DNA of 63,853 nt, filler included, from Octopus bimaculoides (GCF_001194135.2; 7 parts of 5 records of this genome joined end to end with filler, not necessarily neighbours in it), one strand, 5' to 3'; shown: positions 51,002-63,853, numbered from the whole stretch's first letter. The notes: a model not told the origin generated them from the letters alone. Numbers and translations: made by a program.

Positions 51002-53214
51002 ACAACCTAAAACTTCATTCCTGCATCTATCATAATGTATAAAGTCAATATATTTAGGAATGGTAATTGCCAGATAAACAAGGGATTAAAATACCATTTT
51101 AGAGATTTTGTGCTTATTTCATTCTCCTTCACAAGCAACATGTATTATCAACTACTGATAGGCAGGTGGCAGAGTAAAAACTGAAGAATACAGAGAAGGG
51201 AGGGAGTTTTTGAAATACCATTCTAGTGGACGGATTGACTGATACAGAACAAAAAATAAATAAAAATACAAAATAAAATAATTAAAATACAACCAAAATA
51301 AAATATCCGCTTAAAATAGAAAACAAGCATTCAAATGTTAGCAGAAGTATCCTGTCTTGTGAGTGGCAAGTCTGAAAATACCTGTAATTAGTTTTACCGA
51401 TTACTTAAAGAAAAACAGGCAAAAATTTTTCAGATCAGTTGAAGCAATTAAAAGTGGATGTTTAGGTGTTGTTATTGTAAAAGTAAAGTATTTGGCGATT
51501 CAGAAAACAGATAGATATACACTCTGAGCTTAATCATCATTGTCAATTTAACATCCACTTGTCTATTCTTACATGGGTCAGGCAAAGTTTATTGAGGCAG
51601 ATATTTTATGTTTTGATGCACTTCTTGTCACCAACCCTCACCTGTTTCCAAGTAAGATGGTATTTCTTCTATATGGCTAGATGTGTTTCCACTGAATATT
51701 GGAAATAAATGACACTGCTCGTATGACAGTGACATTCATTTACAACTGTGTCAAGATAAGGCAACCCAGACAAACACCGTCTCACATGTGCACACAAATA
51801 CACGCACGCACACATGGACATACATATGGATTAAAATAAAAGTGAAAATGCAAAACATTTGGCATCACTTGAAAAAGAAAAACAATTTATATTGAGAATA
51901 TAGACATATAGAGTCTCTTACAACTGTTTCTAGAATAGCCATACATGCATACATATACATTATATATATGTATAGATTGATTGATTGACTGATTGATTGA
52001 TAGATAGATAGATAGACAGACAGACATATATGCATGCGTACATACATACATACATACATACATACATGCATGCATGCATGTGTACATACATACAGCACAC
52101 AACAGATTTCTTTCAGTTTCCCTTTNNNNNNNNNNNNNNNNNNNNNNNNNNNNNNNNNNNNNNNNNNNNNNNNNNNNNNNNNNNNNNNNNNNNNNNNNNN
52201 NNNNNNNNNNNNNNNNNNNNNNNNNNNNNNNNNNNNNNNNNNNNNNNNNNNNNNNNNNNNNNNNNNNNNNNNNNNNNNNNNNNNNNNNNNNNNNNNNNNN
52301 NNNNNNNNNNNNNNNNNNNNNNNNNNNNNNNNNNNNNNNNNNNNNNNNNNNNNNNNNNNNNNNNNNNNNNNNNNNNNNNNNNNNNNNNNNNNNNNNNNNN
52401 NNNNNNNNNNNNNNNNNNNNNNNNNNNNNNNNNNNNNNNNNNNNNNNNNNNNNNNNNNNNNNNNNNNNNNNNNNNNNNNNNNNNNNNNNNNNNNNNNNNN
52501 NNNNNNNNNNNNNNNNNNNNNNNNNNNNNNNNNNNNNNNNNNNNNNNNNNNNNNNNNNNNNNNNNNNNNNNNNNNNNNNNNNNNNNNNNNNNNNNNNNNN
52601 NNNNNNNNNNNNNNNNNNNNNNNNNNNNNNNNNNNNNNNNNNNNNNNNNNNNNNNNNNNNNNNNNNNNNNNNNNNNNNNNNNNNNNNNNNNNNNNNNNNN
52701 NNNNNNNNNNNNNNNNNNNNNNNNNNNNNNNNNNNNNNNNNNNNNNNNNNNNNNNNNNNNNNNNNNNNNNNNNNNNNNNNNNNNNNNNNNNNNNNNNNNN
52801 NNNNNNNNNNNNNNNNNNNNNNNNNNNNNNGATAGCTTGTTCATTGTTTGACATTTTTATGTGTCTGGTGTGTGCATGCATGTGTGTGTATGCATGTGGG
52901 TGTGTGTGTGTGAGTGTAGGCTGTCCATTCCCATCCGAAAAAGACCCTTACTGACTATTCAAAGAATTATGTTTCCAACAGTGACTCTTTAAGTCTGCTT
53001 CATAAATTATATTCATATGTGAGTAGGTCACAGCCATGACCATCACAACACCCATTTCTTGTTTCTGTTTCTTTTTTGCTTAGCATTAATTGTCAGATTA
53101 TTAAGTTATGGGATTTAACAGGAACATAAGATGGGACAACAAAATCTAGTCTTTTTTAAACTGCTCTAAATACACATGCGCACACACATACTTATGTGTA
53201 AATGTGTCTGTGTC

Positions 53215-53255
<41 letters not shown>

Positions 53256-53524
53256 AATTGTATGTATATGTATATATATGTATGTATATAGTTAAATTTA
53301 CAGAAAACAAAAAAAACGAAGACAGGTGTAGGAACAACAAGCAGGTGTATATATACATTTATATATATGTGTTGTGTGTGTATTTATATAAATATATATT
53401 TATATATGTGTGTGCGTGTGTGTATATATATATATATATGTATTTGTATACATATACATATATTTTTATATATATGCATGTACATATATATATATAATGT
53501 AAATAATATATATACATATATATA

Positions 53525-53575
<51 letters not shown>

Positions 53576-53600
53576 ATATATATATATGTGTATATATATA

Positions 53601-53639
<39 letters not shown>

Positions 53640-54072
53640 NNNNNNNNNNNNNNNNNNNNNNNNNNNNNNNNNNNNNNNNNNNNNNNNNNNNNNNNNNNNN
53701 NNNNNNNNNNNNNNNNNNNNNNNNNNNNNNNNNNNNNNNNNNNNNNNNNNNNNNNNNNNNNNNNNNNNNNNNNNNNNNNNNNNNNNNNNNNNNNNNNNNN
53801 NNNNNNNNNNNNNNNNNNNNNNNNNNNNNNNNNNNNNNNNNNNNNNNNNNNNNNNNNNNNNNNNNNNNNNNNNNNNNNNNNNNNNNNNNNNNNNNNNNNN
53901 NNNNNNNNNNNNNNNNNNNNNNNNNNNNNNNNNNNNNNNNNNNNNNNNNNNNNNNNNNNNNNNNNNNNNNNNNNNNNNNNNNNNNNNNNNNNNNNNNNNN
54001 NNNNNNNNNNNNNNNNNNNNNNNNNNNNNNNNNNNNNNNNNNNNNNNNNNNNNNNNNNNNNNNNNNNNNNNN

Positions 54073-54110
<38 letters not shown>

Positions 54111-54162
54111 ATACATATACATATACGCATATGTACATACGTCTATACGTATATGTATGCAT

Positions 54163-54600
54163 ATGTGGGTACAGGATGTCACGAAATTTATGCAATAAAA
54201 AGAGAAAATGCAAAGCACGAGTACATGGAACTTGAACTATTCTTTTGGACAGCAGAAGACACAAATGGTAAAGAAAACAAACAACATAAAGAATGACCCT
54301 TCCTCAGATGTTGGCTGTATTTCTAGTCTCATATTTCGAGCATTTAACAACAATATACGCTTTCAATAAAAACAGTTGCTCCCGCAAGGCAAATTAAATA
54401 AAATTTGGGATTTTGTGGAGGGTCAAAGTTGGTAACACAAACAGGACAGGGAAAACAAACATGAAGGGCTGCTAAGCCTAAATGAGGTTGTGATGGCAGA
54501 CACGTAAAGCAAGCTAGGACAGGAGACAAACAAAAACACGTCTTCCTTGTTCCAATTACAATGGAGAGAAAGAAAGAAAGATGGCCGATGGTCACGTGGG
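54163..54600 (-). mobile_element. Second copy of the unclassified repeat at 14595-14940
   Basis: Shared blocks as listed for 14595. Confidence 0.55.
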
Positions 54601-54728
54601 TGCCACATGAGAAAGGAAGGAGGAGTGAGGGAGAGAGAGTGACAGAGTAATAGGATAGAATAGTGGGAGAATAGGAGACAAAAGAATAAGAGAGAGAAAA
54701 AGAGAGAAAAATGAAAGAGTAAAAAGAT

Positions 54729-54811
<83 letters not shown>

Positions 54812-54938
54812 NNNNNNNNNNNNNNNNNNNNNNNNNNNNNNNNNNNNNNNNNNNNNNNNNNNNNNNNNNNNNNNNNNNNNNNNNNNNNNNNNNNNNNNNN
54901 NNNNNNNNNNNNNNNNNNNNNNNNNNNNNNNNNNNNNN

Positions 54939-54995
<57 letters not shown>

Positions 54996-55203
54996 TGTAT
55001 GTATCCATATATTTTATATATAAATGTATATATATATATATACATGTATGTATTTATATATATACATGTGTGTGTGTGTGTGTATATATGTATATATATA
55101 CTTCGATTAGAGGTTATGGTAACATCATGAAGAGATGGTTTCGTCCAAGGAAATATTGGTTCAATACCTAGTATTTTGGAGGAATTCATTTCCTTAAGAT
55201 AAT

Positions 55204-55238
<35 letters not shown>

Positions 55239-55411
55239 TATATACTTTATATTCATATAAAAGAAGAAAAAGAAAATGGAGACTGGGAAGTTAATATTGA
55301 GTAAATATTAAATTTGTGTTTATGGATTCATTATAGCAGACAATAATTGTATAAACTATAATTATATAAACCCTATCATTCAGTCTGCTATAAGGAAGCC
55401 ATAAACACATA

Positions 55412-55617
55412 CTCTTTTACTCTTTTATTTGTTTCAGTCATTTGACTGCGGTCATGCTGGGGCACCGCCTTTAGTCGAGCAAATCGACCCCAGAGCTTAT
55501 TCTTTGTAAGCCTAGTACTTATTCTATCAGTCTCTTTTGCTGAACCGCTAAGTTACGGGGACATAAACACACCAGCATCGGTTGTCAAGCGATGTTGGGA
55601 GGGACAAACACAGGCAC

Positions 55618-55648
<31 letters not shown>

Positions 55649-55812
55649 TATATATGACGGGCTTCTTTCAGTTTCCGTCTACCAAATCCACTCACAAGGC
55701 TTTGGTCGGTCCAAAGCTATAGTAGAAGACTCTTGCCCAAGGTGCCCTGCAGTGGGACTGAACCTGGGACCATGTGGTTTGTAGGCAAGCTACTTACCAC
55801 ACAGCTACTCTT
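55412..55812 (-). mobile_element. SINE A, full length
   Basis: Complete head, CORE-like block, internal (CA)n, 3' half and (AGAGTAAA)-like tail. Confidence 0.92.
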
Positions 55813-56129
55813 AAAACATCCAAAGGTATATCTTTTCCCCTCTGAAGATATTATGTTCAGGTCATATAAATTTAATATTTACTTAATAATAATTGAAACA
55901 GCTGTAACGGATGATGATTGATTTGCTGTTATTAAAAAATGATTTCCATTTCCTTTTTCTCCTTTTATATGTGTGTGTGCGTGTGTAAGTGTATGTAATA
56001 TATATATGTGTCTGTGCGTGTGTATGTATTATGTATATATGTTTGTATATATATATATCAGTCCTCCCGTGAAAGACTTTCGTTCTCAGCCGTCTGGATT
56101 ACTGCTCCCAGTTGTGGTCACTAAACAAT

Positions 56130-56535
56130 GTAAAATTAATGGACGGAACTCAAGGCGATCCAGCGAAGCTACACAAGGAAGATTGATACAATGCGAAATA
56201 TCCGCTACTGGGAGAGAAAGAAAAAGTTAAGACTGCTACTTAGAGCAAAGATGGGAAAGATATGCAATAATATACATCTGGAAAATCCTAGAAAAGCATG
56301 TTCTAAACTTTGACATTGTCATTTACACAAACAGCAGGATGGGCTGCTACTGCATGGTACCGAAGGTCCCAACATTACCGTCAGGATACAGGACCAGATA
56401 CTGCAACAGACTGGGCTTCAAAAGCCCATGGCTCTTCAATATCTACCCACAAAGCCTGAGAGACCTGCATGGCATGCATGTAGACTTTTTCAAAACCAAA
56501 ACTAGATCTCCTGCAAAGAGTTCTGGAAGAACCTG
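56130..56535 (+). mobile_element. CR1-like LINE ORF2 C-terminal fragment
   Basis: [47 protein letters not shown]. Confidence 0.8.
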
Positions 56536-56557
56536 TATATATATATATTATGTATGT

Positions 56558-56596
<39 letters not shown>

Positions 56597-56612
56597 GTAT
56601 GCATGCGTGTGC

Positions 56613-56675
<63 letters not shown>

Positions 56676-56677
<2 letters not shown>

Positions 56678-57030
56678 GGGAGAATTCACAAAAAAACAAA
56701 AGACGAAGACAGGTGGTGGAAACAACAAATAGATCTATTAGTTTAATGCTCGGCAAGTGAAAGTCTTTAACGTTTCGAGTCTATGCTCTTCCAGAGAAAG
56801 AAACAAGGAAAGAAAATAAAGAATGTGTAGTGGCTAGCGATCTATCATGGTGAAAAACATAAGACAAAGACATGTGTATAAACAACGAACAGGTATATTA
56901 GTTTCACACTTGGGAAGGTGAGAAAATCTTTTACATTTCGAGCTTACATTCTTCAACAGAAAGGAACATGAAGAAATAAACAGAGAGAAAATTAGAAAAA
57001 AAACTTTTGGAGCTAGCAGTCGATCAGTTA
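56676..57030 (-). mobile_element. Tandem pair of the hammerhead-like short repeat
   Basis: Motifs at 56765-56800 and 56928-56963, both with a CUUU/AAAG stem I. Confidence 0.7.
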
Positions 57031-57254
57031 GTGATCATTTTTCTATGCCAGGTAGAAGACTACACCAGGCTGCTGTGTCTGTTTTGGCATGGTTTTTACA
57101 GCTGAAATTAATTGATAGGTCCACATATAACATCCCAATGTACATCTTTCTTTTCTCTGATGAAATTATGCTCATGTCACATAAATGCAAACTTAACGTA
57201 CACATTTGTAATTAAATTATGTATATATATATATATATATATGTGTGTGTCTCC

Positions 57255-57680
57255 GATGATCAGGTCACGTTTGTCGGATGAATGAACACCGCCTTCCCAA
57301 GATCTGTCTCTACGGTGAACTGTCTGAAAGAAAACGTCCTTGAGGCGGTACAAGGACCAACTCAAATCAACCTTGAAAAGCACCAACTTCGACCCCGCAC
57401 ACTGGGAGGATATCTCGGCAAACAGACCCCTTTGGAGACACACCATCAAAACGGGTTCAGCGGACTTCGAGAAAGCCCGAGTCGTAGGAGCTGAACTCAA
57501 GAGACGGGAGAGAAAGCAGCGCCTTCCCTTTCCCAAACCAGCCCCTTCTATCCCTTGTCCACAATGTCACCGTATGTTTCATGCAACCCTTGGATTGTGG
57601 AGCCATCTGCGGTTCAAACACCCAGGAAAATGAACTGGATTGCAAGCTCGGAAACACGAGACGCAGCCAACTACCATATA
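57255..57680 (+). mobile_element. RTE-clade LINE 3' end
   Basis: GHVCRMNEHRLPKICLYGEL, RRYKDQLKSTLK, CPQCHRMFHATLGLWSHLRFKH*. Confidence 0.9.
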
Positions 57681-57815
57681 TATATGTGTATATATGCATT
57701 TGTGTGTGTGTGTGCNNNNNNNNNNNNNNNNNNNNNNNNNNNNNNNNNNNNNNNNNNNNTTAATTAATTAANNNNNNNNNNNNNNNNNNNNNNNNNNNNN
57801 NNNNNNNNNNNNNNN

Positions 57816-57880
<65 letters not shown>

Positions 57881-57888
57881 TATTATTA

Positions 57889-57931
<43 letters not shown>

Positions 57932-58262
57932 GGGCAATAATAATCACAAAGGATCGCAATGAAAACAATCATAATAACGCCAAACACAATTACTATTAAA
58001 GGGAAAGCAAACGCCTTATTTCTTCGTAAATTTCTTGGCAACATCCATCGATCTCAAAGGATGGTGGCGTCAGAAGAGATAAAGTCTTCGAGGAAAAGTG
58101 GTGAGTGTGATGGATATATTTTTCTCCTGTTTTCTTGGTGTGATTTCATCGAAACAAACGTTTTCTATCGATTCAGTCTAGAGGAGGGAAAAACCACTCA
58201 TTAAATGGAGACAATGAAAATCAATACGAGTGAAATAATGTGTTGGTTTGTGAGTAAAGGAA

Positions 58263-58296
<34 letters not shown>

Positions 58297-58447
58297 TTGT
58301 GTGTAGGTGTGCGTGTGTGAGTGCGTGTGTGTGGAGGTGTATGTATGAATATGTTTGTATATACATGTGTACGTGTATACGCACATATATATACACACGC
58401 ATACATACACACATATATATATATGCATGTGTGTATTTATACATACG

Positions 58448-58491
<44 letters not shown>

Positions 58492-59086
58492 NNNNNNNNN
58501 NNNNNNNNNNNNNNNNNNNNNNNNNNNNNNNNNNNNNNNNNNNNNNNNNTGTGTGTGTGTGTGTGTATTTGTGTGTAGGTGTGCGTGTGTGAGTGCGTGT
58601 GTGTGGAGGTGTATGTATGAATATGTTTGTATATACATGTGTACGTGTATACGCACATATATATACACACGCATACATACACACATATATATATATGCAT
58701 ATAAGTATGCAGCAATTATGTATATCTATAGATATAGAGGTATATAATTATATTAATATATATATTGAAATGTGTATGCGTGTATGCATGACAGCCTGTT
58801 TCTATCAGTGTGTGGAAGTGTGTGTGGATGGGAGTTTATATGGATGCATAGAAATACACACGTACACCTGCGAACGTACAGATATAGCTTTCATTTTATA
58901 TATTATATATACACATACCCGAAAGCATCATGCGTACATACATCATGCTGCCATACATACACACACACACGCACACACACACATGTATATATGTTCAATC
59001 ATACATGCATTCGTACATAGGCGCACCACACGTACAGTCACACACATGCACAAACACAGACACACGCACATACATACATACATACA

Positions 59087-59120
<34 letters not shown>

Positions 59121-59217
59121 CATACATACATACATGCATACATACATACATATATGCATGCATACATACATACATAGATGCATAGACATACACACATACA
59201 CATATATGTATATATGA

Positions 59218-59578
59218 GTTGGCACTCCGTCGCTTTCGACGATGAGGGTTCCAGTTGATCCGAACAAAGGAACGGACTGTTCCGGAAATTAACGGGCAAG
59301 TGGCTGAGCACTGCACGGACACGTGTACCCTTAATGAGATTCAGCGTGACACAGAGCGTGACAAGACTGGCCCTTTGAAATACAGGTACAAGGGAAACAG
59401 GAAGAAAGAGTGAGAGAAAGTTGTGGTGAAAGAGTACAGCAGGGTTCGCCACCAGCCCCTGTCGTGGAACTTAAGGTGTTTTCGCTCAATAAACACTCAC
59501 AACGCCATGTTTGGGAATTGAAACTGCGACCCTACGACTGCGAGTCCGCTGCCCTAACTACTGGGTCATTGCACCTCC
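59218..59578 (-). mobile_element. SINE B, full length
   Basis: Homologous to 671-1056. Confidence 0.9.
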
Positions 59579-60082
59579 ATGTGTGTGGGTGGGTGGGGGG
59601 CGCGTGCGTGCGTGCGTGTGTGTGTACATATAAACATATATATATAGCCAACGGATGTTTTGAATATTTCATGTGTGCGTCTACAAATAATGTAAGATAT
59701 ACGATGAGATTGTTTATGGCGTAGTTCTTACAAATTATCTACTCTTGGTACGTACAGACTCAGGTACGTAGAGACACACATGCATCTGCATATCTGTATG
59801 CTTGCAATTATGCATATCTATAGATACAGAGATACATATATTAATATATATTAATATGTGTATGCGTGTATGCATGCCGGCCTGTTTCTGTCGGTGTGTG
59901 GGAATTTATATACATGCATATAAATACACGCGCACATGCGAACAGGCACGCATATAAAGAAATATAGTACTATAGATGTAGCTTTCATTTTATATACATA
60001 CACGCAAGACTCGTGCGTACGTACATTATCCTGCCATACATACACTTATACACACGCACGCACACATATAATATATATATAT

Positions 60083-60131
<49 letters not shown>

Positions 60132-61305
60132 NNNNNNNNNNNNNNNNNNNNNNNNNNNNNNNNNNNNNNNNNNNNNNNNNNNNNNNNNNNNNNNNNNNNN
60201 NNNNNNNNNNNNNNNNNNNNNNNNNNNNNNNNNNNNNNNNNNNNNNNNNNNNNNNNNNNNNNNNNNNNNNNNNNNNNNNNNNNNNNNNNNNNNNNNNNNN
60301 NNNNNNNNNNNNNNNNNNNNNNNNNNNNNNNNNNNNNNNNNNNNNNNNNNNNNNNNNNNNNNNNNNNNNNNNNNNNNNNNNNNNNNNNNNNNNNNNNNNN
60401 NNNNNNNNNNNNNNNNNNNNNNNNNNNNNNNNNNNNNATATATATATATGCATGTATGTATGTATGTATTATGTTTTTGAGTGGGAGTGGTTGTCTACCT
60501 TTTAGAAATGAATAAAGAATAAATAAGAACTTAAAGAAATAAGAGAATGACAGAGACAGCAACATCTTTATTTGTCTTTCTTATGTATTCTGCTGGCGTT
60601 TACAGAATTAATTGCTCAAGATGTTCTTCAGATCTTCTGCGGTTCATGCCTAAACGAATTTATATCTGCCATTTGTTTCTCAACGTGATCTATTTCAATA
60701 GAGGTGTGTGATGCATCTACGACTTTTCACCTCAACAGTTTAATGCATTCACGCACACACATGCATGTAGACAGACAAACAAACACACACATATGCACAC
60801 ACACACACACACAGACACATACACCTGCATACAGGCTCTAACTCATGTGCGTGTATTTATATATATATATTTACACACACACACACATATATATATACAC
60901 ACACAAGCGCTCAGATATGGGATAGAGAGGCAGATGGAGGCCTAGTGATTTGTATAAATTATATATTTGTATGTATTGCAATCTCTCTGTCTGCCTGTCA
61001 TTCTCACCCCGTCTACCTCCTCTCTTTCTCTTTCTCTTGTATATATTCAGATGATGTCAATCTATAATTCACTAGGGTTTTACTTTTACATTTATAATAT
61101 AACTTGTAATTCGGGGTGTATCATTCTATTATATATATCCCTATAAATATGTCATACAAATAAGCGCACACACACAGAAAAACACACATACATACATACA
61201 TACATACATACATACATACATACATAAATATATACATACATACATATGTATATATACATATATATATATATGCATACATACATTCATACATACACACACA
61301 CACAC

Positions 61306-61366
<61 letters not shown>

Positions 61367-61844
61367 AACAAATAATAAATGAGTATATGCATATATACGT
61401 ACAGGTATATATATATATATATATCAGGCACATGCCGCCAGTAATTACTCAGGGTAGGCAGTCGGCAACCTATATGTAATAAAACACTCAAAAAATAAAT
61501 GAAACACAGGCGCGCGACTGAGTTGAAGGCAGATCTATTTCTGCCTTTATAGCACGTAAGAAAACGGTGTTGTAGAAATGTACGCGGCACGTGTACTATG
61601 CATACTTTAAATATTGAGGTTGAAAAGCAGGGACGAATTGTGCCTGCCTAATCTACGGAAAAATAAAACATTTTGTATTTTATTCGTAGTAATCAGACTA
61701 ACCTTCATAATTTTATTGAATTAGGGGCATATTTTACCATGGGAGGAAAATGTTACTATCGATTTATTTTATTCAAGGTAGGCACTACCTACTTTGCCTA
61801 CCTAAGCGGCACATCCCTGATATATATGTATATATATACATATG

Positions 61845-62120
61845 AACGCATGGGTCAGTGGTTAGCGTATTGTACTCACGATCGTGAGATCGAGGTTTCA
61901 ATTCCTGAACTGGGTGGTGGCTTGCGTCTTTGAGCAGACCATTTCATTTCAACTTGCACTACGATCACTTCGACACCTGACGCTTAGTACAAGGCGAACT
62001 TGTTCAGACAACGTCGATTTGATGGTGAGAGTATGCTAATGTACAACACATACATTTGAGGGCTATAAGCAAATCGTGTGTGAAGGATGTTCGACAAGAA
62101 AAGCTGAACACTCATACGTC
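61845..62120 (+). mobile_element. Decayed tRNA-headed SINE (family E)
   Basis: tgggtcagtggttagcg A box, ggtttcaattcc B box, then CORE-like gcgtctttgagca..catttcatttc. Confidence 0.55.
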
Positions 62121-62276
62121 GTTTTCGATGCATATATAAGGTGTTTGTGCTAAATTTGACAGATTGCAAAAAAGAAAAGAGAACTCGTATCGCATCCCAA
62201 AATAAAAGTATTCTAGCAATATATATTTATATATATAATTGTTAATTATATATATATTTATATGATTATATCAAAA

Positions 62277-62449
62277 GGATCAGCAGATGACTTTCTCCAA
62301 CAAGCTGAAAGAAGATGCCAAAAATCCAAAACGCTACAACTCCTACAAAACCACGGGTTGTGAGCGAGTATTTTTGTAGGAGTTATGACAGTGGCTTCTT
62401 AGCGCCTCTGACGTTTTCTTTCAGCATATTGAAGGTTATTTCCTGATCC
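62277..62449. mobile_element. Imperfect palindrome, MITE-like
   Basis: ggatcag/ctgatcc, gctgaaagaa/ttctttcagc, aactcctacaaaa/ttttgtaggagtt. Confidence 0.65.
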
Positions 62450-62598
62450 GTATAATATAATTATATAAATATATATATATATATATAATTATTAATTTCA
62501 GTATGTAAATTACCTACGGGGTTTTATCTCATGCTGGCCACTTGATATGATCATTAACATGATTTTATCCTGAATTACGAATATATAGATATATATAC

Positions 62599-62679
<81 letters not shown>

Positions 62680-62680
<1 letters not shown>

Positions 62681-63110
62681 CAATTAGATTATGGCTGGGA
62701 GATAATAATTTACTCAAAGATGCCGGTCTCAGCTTTCACCACGTTCTTAAGTACGTTCTAGAATCTCCTGCATGTGTTCCTTACTGCGTCCTTGGTAAGA
62801 TCTTCGAACCACTCATTGATCTTGGCCACCAGCTCGGCGTTGGTGTTACAGGAAGGGCGGAGTGCCTTTCTCAACTGCGCCTCATACATAGTAATCCGTG
62901 AGATTACCATCGGGAAAATTTGGAGGCCAGTAATTGGGGCTGGTGAAGTCTTAGAAACTTTCAGACAACGTGAAGTATGGCTTGCAACCGAATCCTGCTG
63001 CCACACTTAGCTTTTCAAAGCCAGAGATTGACTACAGTCTCCAGATTCTTTAGAGAGACGTCTGAATTGAGTTTAAGGACCTTCTGGCGTCCCAATTAGA
63101 GCTACGGATC
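62680..63110 (-). mobile_element. maT/Tc1-like transposase C-terminal fragment
   Basis: VWQQDSVASHTS, CNTNAELVAKINEWFEDL..VRNTCRRF. Confidence 0.8.
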
Positions 63111-63142
63111 ACTACAACCCCGTTAGATTTTGAACCAGTAAC

Positions 63143-63398
63143 TATTTACGCCATTTACATTATTTACATTTGACGGATATTTGTCCTCATCTTGTTTGTT
63201 GTTTACACAACGTTTCAGCTGATATACCCGCCAGGATTCAACAGGTGTCTTGAGGAAATTTCGAACCAGGGTTCTCAATAGTCAGATATTTTTCGATGCT
63301 ATCCTTATTATTGTTATTATTATTCAGGTCACTGCCTGGAATCGAACTCGGAATCTTGGGGTTAGTAGTCCTCGCTCTTAACTACTACGCCATATGCC
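63143..63398 (-). mobile_element. tRNA-headed SINE carrying a (decayed) hammerhead motif
   Basis: Head ggcatatggcgtagtagttaag (A box) and gagttcgattcc (B box, 63338-63349); (AAT)n; hammerhead-like 63205-63248; (TGTAAATAA)n tail. Confidence 0.75.
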
Positions 63399-63463
63399 GT
63401 TGCATAATAATAAAATCGAAAAATAACTTAGGAATGAGAACCCAGATTCAATATTTCCCCCAA

Positions 63464-63509
63464 AACATCTGATGAAGGCTGGAGGGTATATCAGCCGAAA
63501 AGTTGTGTT
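63464..63509 (+). ncRNA. Minimal type I hammerhead ribozyme motif with intact core, in a headless second copy (63401-63590)
   Basis: AACAU / CUGAUGA / A / GGCUG-gaggguauau-CAGCC / GAAA / AG / U16.1 U17 / GUGUU. Confidence 0.7.
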
Positions 63510-63732
63510 AACAAACAGGATGAGGACAAATATCTGTCAAATATAAATAATGTAAATAATGTACATAATTCCGCATCTCTTCAATATAGAACTGTGCAAA
63601 CTTTATGCTCTACAACGCTGTTGACTGTTCATCAATATTTGAAGCTGTTCCTGAAAAAGAAAGGGAGTCGCAAAATATCATAAAAATTAGCCCGAAGAGC
63701 CTGTACACACTCACATACACACACACTCACAT

Positions 63733-63763
<31 letters not shown>

Positions 63764-63853
63764 AATATATATATATATATACATAAATATATATATACTC
63801 CAACATACGCAAATATATGCATACGTATATGCGTATATATATATATATATGTA

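Noticed and set aside
58263-58700. Near-exact ~150-bp duplication on both sides of a gap (similar at ~14215/14453 and ~25600/25630)
   Set aside because: Typical unresolved contig overlap at a microsatellite.

Overview
AT-rich, microsatellite-dense eukaryotic genomic DNA with many N gaps. The repeat families point to an octopus genome (inference; species not verifiable here). One host gene is recognisable: the last two coding exons of mitochondrial ribosomal protein MRPL33 (46216-46322 and 48250-48299, + strand). Its N-terminal exon(s) are not firmly located. The gene sits at the left of an ~8 kb CpG-depleted domain. The rest is mostly decayed mobile DNA: L1/Tx1-like, RTE, CR1-like and Penelope-like retroelement fragments, Tc1/mariner, maT-like and Tigger-like transposase remnants, MITE-like hairpins and at least five tRNA-headed SINE families. 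The most notable signal, not explained by the ORF track, is a set of minimal hammerhead-ribozyme-like motifs in at least four short repeat families (13148-13216, 33993-34025/34139-34171, 38316-38351, 56765-56963, 63205-63248/63464-63509). Two of these families occur as head-to-head palindromes with one hammerhead per arm, and one couples a tRNA-derived Pol III promoter to the ribozyme. All calls come from reading the sequence; no database searches were run.
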